Positions 25,893 to 32,000 of a stretch of 32,000 bases of DNA are shown here, one piece after another (position 1 is the stretch's first letter; each line of letters begins with the position of its first letter). The notes under the pieces were generated by a model. The model saw nothing but the letters and a program-made list of their open reading frames with translations, was not told the origin of the DNA and did not search any database. Origin of the DNA: Pseudomonadota bacterium (GTDB lineage: Bacteria; Pseudomonadota; Alphaproteobacteria; Rhodospirillales; Magnetospirillaceae); contig JAEXAH010000019.1 of NCBI GenBank assembly GCA_023458315.1, forward strand, positions 1 to 32,000, in the 5' to 3' direction. A program made the translations under genes and the position numbers.

Positions 25893-26695
25893 ATCTGTTC
25901 ACCAACCTCTCTAAAAGCTTTTGCGTTCGCAAAAATGCAATCATTATGTAGTATTGCCCCTGGGATTCGTTTAAGCAGCGGCTCAGATAGTAGTTGAGAA
26001 CCTCCGCCGACCAATACAACACTTTTTGACCGCAAAGAGTATTCAATATTTAAGGTGTTTACAAGTTGCTCTACAAAGCTTTTAAACGTTTCTGCAGCAA
26101 ACCGTATATCTGTACTTACTCCGTCTATGATCAGCCCGTTTTTAATAATCTCCTGAGCATCTTCGACTTTTAAATCAAGGCAAAATCTGCTGTTTAATGC
26201 CTTTATAAATTCACTGTAGAGATTAAATGTGCCGGTCGGCAGGCTGATAGGGTTTTCAATTTTCTTTTGACAGTTAATATTCCGTATCAATGCACAGTCA
26301 GTTGTTCTGCCGCCTATGTCAATAACTATCCCGGAGTCTATTGTCCCTATTCCCTCGGGGTATACCTCTACACCAATGACGTTCTTGATTTTTAAGTTGA
26401 GTAACTTTTCACGAAAAGCAGTGCAATCCTGTTGGTATTGTAAAATCGGAAGACCTACTACAACTCTTAGCGGTTCATAAAACAGAGATGTTAAATAAGC
26501 AAATATAATTTCTGTGTTCTTTTTATTGACCTTACGATATTCAGTTTCGTAATTGCCATCACCTATGTAATAAGTTTTGTCCTGGAATATAAACCCTTTT
26601 TGGTTTAAAAGTTGCCTTTTTGACACCTTTGATTCAAATGTGAGCCCTGTTGATAATTTTGTTGTACAATTGCCTATATCTACACCAAGAACCAT
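25880..26695 (-). CDS. parM: ParM/StbA-like actin-fold plasmid segregation ATPase
   Basis: Actin-fold motifs are present: phosphate-1 GVDIGNCTTK, phosphate-2 VIDIGGRTTD, adenosine VLVGGGSQL. At 271 aa it is short for ParM. Confidence 0.7.
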   Translation of the reverse strand: MVLGVDIGNCTTKLSTGLTFESKVSKRQLLNQKGFIFQDKTYYIGDGNYETEYRKVNKKNTEIIFAYLTSLFYEPLRVVVGLPILQYQQDCTAFREKLLNLKIKNVIGVEVYPEGIGTIDSGIVIDIGGRTTDCALIRNINCQKKIENPISLPTGTFNLYSEFIKALNSRFCLDLKVEDAQEIIKNGLIIDGVSTDIRFAAETFKSFVEQLVNTLNIEYSLRSKSVVLVGGGSQLLSEPLLKRIPGAILHNDCIFANAKAFREVGEQIWQR

Positions 26696-26787
26696 AAGTC
26701 TTTTAGCTCCTTTTTTATACTCTTGATATATTTATATTCAAATTGGTATAAAAATTGCCTGTCCAGTAAAAAAAGATTTCTAAATAA

Positions 26788-26817
26788 ACAAAAAAATCCC
26801 TAGTTAATCAACTAGGG
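26788..26817 (-). terminator. Terminator overlapping the 3' end of the XRE gene
   Basis: CCCTAGTT / AACTAGGG 8-bp stem (26798-26817), followed on the minus strand by ATTTTTTTG. Confidence 0.6.
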
Positions 26818-27004
26818 AAAATATATCTTTAACATCTTTGTTAAGTTTATATGCTATTTTTAAGGCTATTTCTAGGGATGGATATCCGGTATTGTTTTCG
26901 TATCTATTATATTGGCTTATAGATATATCCAATAATTCAGAAAATTCCGTCTGGTTCATTGCGTATTCACGCATACGGATATCTTTAAGTTTGTTTTTTA
27001 TCAT
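26804..27004 (-). CDS. XRE-family helix-turn-helix regulator, 66 aa
   Basis: HTH_3-type core MNQTEFSELLDISISQYNRYENN...PSLEIALKIAYKL. Confidence 0.8.
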   Translation of the reverse strand: MIKNKLKDIRMREYAMNQTEFSELLDISISQYNRYENNTGYPSLEIALKIAYKLNKDVKDIFSLVD

Positions 27005-27073
27005 AAAATCACCTTTGATATAATATTAAACATTTCCCCTTAATGTCCTTTAAGGAAAATAAAAAAATCTTTC

Positions 27074-27113
27074 AAAGGTTTCTCCCTGAGGGCTACAGTC
27101 TACTCCTAATCCG
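27074..27113. repeat. Direct repeat copy A (degenerate copy of the holin-gene 3' end and terminator)
   Basis: CAAAGGTTTCTCCCTGAGGGCTACAGTCTACTCCTAATCC aligns with 27654-27694. The core TTTCTCC[C/T]TGAGGG[C/T]TACAGTCTA matches at 22 of 24 positions. Confidence 0.7.
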
Positions 27114-27204
27114 AAAATACAAATATAATTACCTTCCATTGATAATTGCAAAATTAAATAATATAATGTTATCAAACATATGTTCTATAACAGGAGGATT
27201 ATAT

Positions 27205-27501
27205 ATGCCATTTGGGTTTGAACCAAGGGAAATAGACAATCGTAAAGAAACTGCAATTTATGAACAATTACTTGACAACAAGACATTTCTTGAGGTTACT
27301 GCTATGATGTGTACTAACAAGGCTGTTATACCCCTATCTTTTAAATGGGATTATAGAGAAATTAAAATTGAAAGAGTTATTAATATCCAGGATGGCAAAT
27401 CCCTAAAGGATGGATTCCTGGGGAAAAGATATTTATGTCAGGCTAAAGGTAAAAGATTTTATTTGTATTTTACCGGTAAACAGTGGTATATGAATCTTTG
27501 A
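27205..27501 (+). CDS. Hypothetical protein, 98 aa (accessory, moron-like gene)
   Basis: The internal ATG at 27205 (MPFGFEPREID...) sits 7 nt behind an AGGAGG SD. The track's upstream 54 codons have no SD and cross a terminator-like repeat. It is the only plus-strand gene in this stretch and has no recognisable motif. Confidence 0.55.
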   Translation: MPFGFEPREIDNRKETAIYEQLLDNKTFLEVTAMMCTNKAVIPLSFKWDYREIKIERVINIQDGKSLKDGFLGKRYLCQAKGKRFYLYFTGKQWYMNL

Positions 27502-27509
27502 AATTGGGA

Positions 27510-27550
27510 TTGTATTATTTTGTAATATATTGTATAATTTCTGTAACATT
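27510..27550 (+). repeat. Four helically phased short repeats ([T/C]TGTA at 27510, 27520, 27530, 27541)
   Basis: Units are TTGTATTATT, TTGTAATATA, TTGTATAATT and CTGTAACATT, spaced 10, 10 and 11 nt. The array also reads as TTGTAT, 17 nt, TATAAT. Confidence 0.65.
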
Positions 27551-27595
27551 TCAATTTTCAAATCTAAATTGAAATTTCTTGACTTTACACGAAAG

Positions 27596-27616
27596 GCGGG
27601 CGAAAGCCCGTTTTTT
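27596..27616 (+). terminator. Rho-independent terminator (GNRA-loop hairpin)
   Basis: GCGGGC-GAAA-GCCCGT followed by TTTTT. Confidence 0.65.
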
Positions 27617-27640
27617 GTATGTTTTAATTATTGCAATTTA

Positions 27641-27674
27641 AAAAAATAAGCCCCCAAGGATTTCTCCTTGAGGG
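27641..27674 (-). terminator. Terminator after the lysis cassette
   Basis: Minus strand: CCCTCAAGGA-GAAA-TCCTTGGGG stem (one bulge) followed by CTTATTTTTT, starting 8 nt past the holin stop. Confidence 0.6.
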
Positions 27675-27694
27675 TTACAGTCTATTTCAAATCT
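27654..27694. repeat. Direct repeat copy B (functional holin 3' end and terminator)
   Basis: See copy A at 27074-27113. Confidence 0.7.
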
Positions 27695-28023
27695 GGAGGT
27701 TTTATTGAATTATTTACAATGCCATCGTCCAGGCTGTCCTTTATCTTGTCAAACCATTCCTGTAGTTTTTGCTCTAAAATGCTACGTGGTATAAAAAATC
27801 TTAGCCAAGCTGGTACTAGATTGTAAAGTTGTGTTAGTACAATATCGAATCTTTCCTGCCCCTTCTTCGTTCCTGTAACAGCTTTTTCAGCCTGACGAAT
27901 AAGAATATAAGCCAATTCCCGTAGCTTTGCCCAACGGCGTTTTACGATTAAATAGGATATGTAACCGGCAAAACCAATACAAAATAAAATAACAAGCCAA
28001 TTGTTTATAAAAAAGTCTTTCAT
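27682..28023 (-). CDS. Phage holin candidate, LL-H-like (single N-terminal TM)
   Basis: 113 aa. It has an N-terminal TM (WLVILFCIGFAGYISYLIV) then a charged helical tail including AEKAVTGTKKGQERF, resembling LL-H-family holins. Its ATG shares one base with the endolysin stop (TAATG). Confidence 0.5.
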   Translation of the reverse strand: MKDFFINNWLVILFCIGFAGYISYLIVKRRWAKLRELAYILIRQAEKAVTGTKKGQERFDIVLTQLYNLVPAWLRFFIPRSILEQKLQEWFDKIKDSLDDGIVNNSIKPPDLK

Positions 28024-28742
28024 TATAACCTACCTCCCATTCTGTTAACAATGTTCATGATAAATCTATCAAAGTATTTTAGTGTTTTAATCACTCCAAT
28101 CCACACACCCGGTTTGGTTTGAGTTGCTCTTATAACTTCCTCTGCAGTTTTAAAATTATTGTCTAAAATCTCCTGGCAACACTGCAGTACTTCCTTTGCC
28201 TTTTCTTTTGTTTTAGTCCCGACAACTCCATCTGGGGTTAATCCTGTCATTGCCTGAAATTCTTTTACATACATATTGTCACCAGTTCCTTTCAATAAGC
28301 TGTCCCTAATGTCGATTTTCTGTGCTTCGCTGATTCCTTGATGTTCCAACAACTGTACATGCCACGGTTCATAGTCTATTGGTTTTATTAAGCCGTACTT
28401 TTTTAATTCGGCATTTGTAAGAGCATTAAACCAAGGATCTGTTATATCCATAGCTATACAAAAACAGTGATTACTTTTACCGTATGCTCCCGCCCAACAC
28501 TTACCGTCAGGTGTATAAACAGCACCATATCTTTTATCATTTGGGTCTGTTATTTGATATGCCCCTTGGTTTTTTCTCTGTGCCAACGATTGAGCATTTA
28601 CAAGTTTTTGTTTTGCTGGGCTTCTGTATCCGGATGTACAAAGACAATCTTTTTTGTGTACCTTACATAGTGTATTTACCGCATCTATAAGTTTCTGGTA
28701 TACACAGGCTTCATCCTGATATTTAAACTTTACTTGGGACAT
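28023..28742 (-). CDS. Endolysin: M15B/VanY-type peptidase plus C-terminal peptidoglycan-binding domain
   Basis: SGYRSPAKQ, SNHCFCIAMD and EPWH are the VanY/M15 zinc-peptidase motifs. C-terminal FQAMTGLTPDGVVGTKTKEK is a PG_binding_1-type repeat. Confidence 0.85.
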   Translation of the reverse strand: MSQVKFKYQDEACVYQKLIDAVNTLCKVHKKDCLCTSGYRSPAKQKLVNAQSLAQRKNQGAYQITDPNDKRYGAVYTPDGKCWAGAYGKSNHCFCIAMDITDPWFNALTNAELKKYGLIKPIDYEPWHVQLLEHQGISEAQKIDIRDSLLKGTGDNMYVKEFQAMTGLTPDGVVGTKTKEKAKEVLQCCQEILDNNFKTAEEVIRATQTKPGVWIGVIKTLKYFDRFIMNIVNRMGGRL

Positions 28743-29031
28743 CCTTTACCATCTCCTCTCTTATTTCATTAATTCTATGGTGTGCTTGTTTTGTGGATTC
28801 CTCTACACGGGCCAGTCGGTCTGCATGATTGCTTACCGTATTATTAAGGCATCTTATTTCAAGCAACGTAGTATCACTGCTACGTTTTATATAGTCAATA
28901 TCTGCTCTTAATTGTCCGGATTCAATACCGCTTTGTTTTGATTCTCCTTTTACCCGTGACTGCATAGCCAGGTACCCAAACACAACACCACCGATTGCCG
29001 CTGCGCAAGTAATTAAAGTGTTTATTCCCAT
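28723..29031 (-). CDS. Phage membrane-anchored coiled-coil protein (BhlA/XhlA-like, lysis-associated)
   Basis: N-terminal TM (LITCAAAIGGVVFGYLAM) then a heptad-like helix (HADRLARVEESTKQAHHRINEIREE). It overlaps the endolysin start by 20 nt. Confidence 0.4.
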   Translation of the reverse strand: MGINTLITCAAAIGGVVFGYLAMQSRVKGESKQSGIESGQLRADIDYIKRSSDTTLLEIRCLNNTVSNHADRLARVEESTKQAHHRINEIREEMVKDVPSKV

Positions 29032-29051
29032 TTAGCAACCCTTCTTTCAAT

Positions 29052-29090
29052 TTAAAATAAAAAGGACTACCCATTTCTGAGTAATCCTTT
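29052..29090 (-). terminator. Hairpin plus U-tract between tail and lysis modules
   Basis: Minus strand: AAAGGATTAC / GTAGTCCTTT (9 of 10 bp) followed by TTATTTTAA. There is no room for a promoter before the next gene, so it is probably leaky. Confidence 0.45.
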
Positions 29091-29115
29091 TGGTTCGTGA
29101 TATTATCCTATTATG

Positions 29116-29286
29116 TTATGTAGGACTAGGATTCTGATCTGGTATATCAACAATCAAATCCTGTCTACCTTCTGCGATTAAAATCATATCTACATCATTT
29201 TTGTATGGTTTAAAATACGCAGACGAAAATATTGTGTAATAATCCAAAGTACCTGCCATAAGCCTTTTTGCCATATAAATAGCCAT
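29116..29286 (-). CDS. Small phage protein, 56 aa (below the ORF-track cutoff)
   Basis: ATG at 29286 overlaps the upstream TAA (TAATG) and follows a GGAGGTG SD. Translation is MAIYMAKRLMAGTLDYYTIFSSAYFKPYKNDVDMILIAEGRQDLIVDIPDQNPSPT. Its position after the tail fibre is like the small XkdX-type genes. Confidence 0.5.
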   Translation of the reverse strand: MAIYMAKRLMAGTLDYYTIFSSAYFKPYKNDVDMILIAEGRQDLIVDIPDQNPSPT

Positions 29287-29615
29287 TATATAACACCTCC
29301 TCTCAGAGCATCATTAATAGTACTAATATCTGTACCACTCTGAGCTATTATTGTTAATAACAAGTCAACTACTTGTGACATGTTCTCAATATAAGTCTGC
29401 ATTTGTATGTTTTGTTCTTGAAGCTTCTCTAATTCTGTTTTAGGTATATCTTCAAAAATGGGTAAAGGCTTAGTACCCATCATATCAAAGTTCTTAATAC
29501 GCTTTCCATCAGGTACTTGTACTAAGAGAGAACCTGCTGGTTCCTCAATATCTGAGCCAGAATTTTGAGCTAAGACATTGCCTGACCATCCAAAAGTTGC
29601 TAAAACTGTCCTCAT
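29286..29615 (-). CDS. Phage hypothetical protein, 109 aa, downstream of the tail fibre
   Basis: ORF in the co-oriented tail module with an AAAGGAG SD. It has a helical C-terminus and no motif I recognise. Confidence 0.5.
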   Translation of the reverse strand: MRTVLATFGWSGNVLAQNSGSDIEEPAGSLLVQVPDGKRIKNFDMMGTKPLPIFEDIPKTELEKLQEQNIQMQTYIENMSQVVDLLLTIIAQSGTDISTINDALRGGVI

Positions 29616-29638
29616 ATATTTATCACACTCCTTTTAAT

Positions 29639-30949
29639 TTATTCAAATGCCCAATAAGTAAACGTGGCACTAAGAAGAAAACTTTTAAATTCAAATGTTC
29701 CAAAAGCAACACCCGAAATATAATAGCTATTTTGTGCGCCCATCACTTGACCACCAAAATCTCCCCTGGTGTATATTCCGTTAGTGGCTTGTGTCCTACC
29801 CCCGCTAATGGGGTATAACATACTGTTGCTTTGATAATTCGTGTTAACAAAATATTCTACAACCCCATCCTTAGCCACCATTACTACTATAGTTTTTGGT
29901 ATAAATCCAATACCACTAACAACAGTAGCAGCATTTTGAGTTCCGGCTGTAGTCCCCGTGCCTGTTGCCCATTTTTTTTTAGTACTTGTACCTACTTTTA
30001 AACCATCTTCCGTTCCAAATATGACTCCTTTGTCTACATTGCTCTCAACAATATTTCCATAATCCCCCCCTTCACCCAAGCACTGAAAATTTTCTCCATC
30101 CCGAATAAACGAATAAGTTCCTGCTTTTGGCTTAAAATCTGACCCTCCTGGTCTAGTTAATCTTCCTGGTGTACCATCAGATGATATGGTTAATGTGGAT
30201 GTGCCTGTTGCGGCTGCGTTAAATTTAACACTAAATTTAGACCCGTCAGATATATTTTTCGAGCTTGTTATGCTATACGCATTATCCACATTACTTGTAA
30301 TTCCAAGATGGGGTACATGGTTCGTATAATCGGACTTATGAATATTTATTTGATTTAGTATATTCCCAGCCACATCACCGCTTAATATATTTTGCACCTG
30401 GCTAAACCAGCCATTAAAGGCTGCATCATATTGGTAGAAAAGGCCTGTAGTATCTATTTGTTCCACAACTCCTGACACTATGCCACACAAGGCAGCATTA
30501 TAACGTAAATCTGTTATCTGTGTCTGATTAACTCCTGTATCACCATTATTTATGAGTATGTCAGCTATCCCAAGCTCATAGTTATCAGCACTCCTTGTTA
30601 GTATGGGAGCCACCGGAGAACTTGCAGGCGTACCTTTCAAAACTGATAAAACGATTTGCCTGTTTAAGTGATCTAGTCTCAATACAATCCTGTCAATTCT
30701 CTTCAATACTCCATCAGCCTCATCTATTGAAATATTGAGCGTACCAGTATTTTCATAGTAATAGCCGTTTATCCATGCTTTTCCTGCAGCGACTGATATA
30801 TTCATTCCACCTGCAACTGTCACGGCTAAATTGTTACCCGGATTTGGATATACTCCGTTTCCGATAAAGCTCCCGAAATATGCGGCATAATCTGATGCAT
30901 TGTATTTTCTATCTCCATTTACGCTGTTGAAAAAGCTGCTTTTCTGCAT
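29639..30949 (-). CDS. Phage tail fibre / receptor-binding-type protein
   Basis: N-terminus MQKSSFFNSVNGDRKYNASDYAAYFGSFIGNGVYPNP is a conserved head seen in Firmicute prophage tail-fibre proteins. The middle is rich in Gly, Thr and Ser. It lies directly after the Gp37-like gene. Confidence 0.6.
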   Translation of the reverse strand: MQKSSFFNSVNGDRKYNASDYAAYFGSFIGNGVYPNPGNNLAVTVAGGMNISVAAGKAWINGYYYENTGTLNISIDEADGVLKRIDRIVLRLDHLNRQIVLSVLKGTPASSPVAPILTRSADNYELGIADILINNGDTGVNQTQITDLRYNAALCGIVSGVVEQIDTTGLFYQYDAAFNGWFSQVQNILSGDVAGNILNQINIHKSDYTNHVPHLGITSNVDNAYSITSSKNISDGSKFSVKFNAAATGTSTLTISSDGTPGRLTRPGGSDFKPKAGTYSFIRDGENFQCLGEGGDYGNIVESNVDKGVIFGTEDGLKVGTSTKKKWATGTGTTAGTQNAATVVSGIGFIPKTIVVMVAKDGVVEYFVNTNYQSNSMLYPISGGRTQATNGIYTRGDFGGQVMGAQNSYYISGVAFGTFEFKSFLLSATFTYWAFE

Positions 30950-30952
30950 TGT

Positions 30953-31987
30953 TTATTCCCCCTTCAAAATATCCTTCAATTCCGGAAGTGGACTCCCGAA
31001 AGTAGGTGTTAGTGTTATGATACCGTTTTCATATACTTCCTCAATTTCGGCTATTCGAACATCAATGACTTTGTTCCAATCTCGTTTTCTACAGGTAACA
31101 ATATCTCCAAGATCAAAATCATTTTTATATACCAAACTTGATTGGAGATTTACATTGCTTTCAAAAGTCTCATTTTTAACTGCCTGGGCCAAAGCTTCAT
31201 TACCCCGCTGGATTAACAATGCTTTGTATTCGTTATCCGTCAAATCACCTCTTTGTATATCTTTGGCATCAACGAATAACTCACGTCTTTTAAGACCTGT
31301 TGCATCTCCTACTGTAGCAATTATCCTCGATGTCCCTTCTCCTTCACCGCCCACTACTGCAACCGTCTTATAATTTTCAGTTTCAAGAGAATATTTACTG
31401 TCAGTTGCATTTTCAAACTCTTCAGAGAAGATCACCCTTGGATATGCGTTCTGAGCTGCACTTCGGTCAATTCCCCGATAACATTCAAACAAAAGATTTT
31501 TATTTTTTCTGTCAAATCTAACCCCGTATCCGATATTGCTTACCTGGGCGATTTTAGTTAATGTAGTACATACATTTTTATAAGTTACCTGCAAATCAAC
31601 TGGTTCTGTATAGTTCTTTACTTCTCCCAGTTCCAGAAACGGTATTGGATTCATATTACTTATAATTGTCCTCATGGCAAGTTCAGCAGTGGTATTCAAC
31701 ACGGTTTCGATCATTACAATCCGCCGTTCAGTGAGGGATGATAAAAACCGTCCTCTTACCGTAAAATCATCTTTATCTATACTGATTCCCTCAATTATCC
31801 CGGCTTCATTCGCATCCCGCCGGGCAATTATATTGTCCTCTTCAAGTAGCTTCATATTCTCAGCGGTGTACTTTAAATGAAGTTCAAATTCTCCGGGCTG
31901 AAAATACCTTCTCCTCCACCTCAGGCTGTCAAACACATCTATAAGCCCAATTAAATCAAGGCTTTTGTTATATATGTAAAGTTCCAT
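30953..31987 (-). CDS. Siphovirus Gp37-like (ReqiPepy6 Gp37 family) tail/baseplate protein
   Basis: N-terminus MELYIYNKSLDLIGLIDVFDSLRWRRRYFQPGEFELHL matches the family pattern (I.D......G.I....SL.W.RRY...G.FEL). Confidence 0.65.
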   Translation of the reverse strand: MELYIYNKSLDLIGLIDVFDSLRWRRRYFQPGEFELHLKYTAENMKLLEEDNIIARRDANEAGIIEGISIDKDDFTVRGRFLSSLTERRIVMIETVLNTTAELAMRTIISNMNPIPFLELGEVKNYTEPVDLQVTYKNVCTTLTKIAQVSNIGYGVRFDRKNKNLLFECYRGIDRSAAQNAYPRVIFSEEFENATDSKYSLETENYKTVAVVGGEGEGTSRIIATVGDATGLKRRELFVDAKDIQRGDLTDNEYKALLIQRGNEALAQAVKNETFESNVNLQSSLVYKNDFDLGDIVTCRKRDWNKVIDVRIAEIEEVYENGIITLTPTFGSPLPELKDILKGE

Positions 31988-32000
31988 ATCACACCCCCAG

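Larger units (their letters stand above)
21019..32000. mobile_element. Integrated mobile element abutting tRNA-Ser: prophage late genes plus plasmid-like partition and transfer genes plus a tyrosine recombinase (right end beyond the window)
   Basis: Gene content changes from housekeeping to phage/plasmid immediately 3' of the tRNA. The recombinase gene is within 1 kb of the tRNA. Tail, lysis, ParM, FtsK and replication-relaxation genes are all co-oriented on the minus strand. Confidence 0.7.

Noticed and set aside
27043-27204. N-terminal 54 codons of the 152-aa track ORF
   Set aside because: The 27043 ATG has no SD and the segment crosses a terminator-like repeat. A strong AGGAGG SD precedes the internal ATG at 27205, so the short form was called.
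29639-30949. Diversity-generating retroelement acting on the tail fibre
   Set aside because: There is no reverse transcriptase gene, no template-repeat copy of the fibre 3' end in the window, and no Asn-codon-rich variable region.
21019-32000. Second copy of the tRNA-Ser 3' end (attR) inside the window, for example near 27.5-27.7 kb
   Set aside because: By eye I found no repeat of GGTTCGAATCCCACTCTCTCCGCCA or of the downstream terminator. Only short AT-rich resemblances turned up. The right boundary therefore cannot be placed from this window.
1-32000. CRISPR arrays, rRNA genes, IS elements with terminal inverted repeats
   Set aside because: I saw no regularly spaced 25-40-nt repeats, no rRNA-like conserved blocks and no transposase-like ORFs on either strand.

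Overview
Low-GC Firmicute chromosome; gene content suggests a plant-polysaccharide-degrading clostridium, which is an inference. About 1-21.0 kb is ordinary core and metabolic DNA. It holds the 5' end of a GTP-type PEP carboxykinase, a double P-loop conserved hypothetical, a CE7 acetyl-xylan esterase, an AzgA/NCS2 purine permease, an untracked 36-aa ORF, metG and an orphan NusG/LoaP-like paralog. It also holds a sugar-utilisation locus (GH3 hydrolase, two ABC permeases, lipoprotein binding protein) divergent from a YesM/YesN-type two-component system whose kinase carries a 1-nt frameshift. An ABC-2 exporter pair, a tandem HD-GYP protein and tRNA-Ser(GGA) complete this part. From the 3' side of the tRNA (about 21.02 kb) to the window edge lies an integrated mobile element, almost all on the minus strand. 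In order it carries phage tail genes (Gp37-like, tail fibre), a lysis cassette (M15 endolysin, LL-H-like holin), a repeat-bracketed accessory gene and an XRE regulator. These are followed by a ParM/ParR-like partition pair and an FtsK/SpoIIIE translocase with a replication-relaxation protein and two small membrane proteins. A Xer-like tyrosine recombinase sits next to the tRNA. The most unusual part is this phage / plasmid-partition / FtsK-type-transfer mosaic and its non-coding DNA. That DNA includes a T-free 76% G+C island with three 8-nt-phased AGGGA repeats just upstream of the translocase gene, a promoter-plus-terminator structured leader with a thrice-repeated 9-mer in front of the recombinase, and phased short repeats at two positions. 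All family assignments come from reading motifs by eye; no database search was run.
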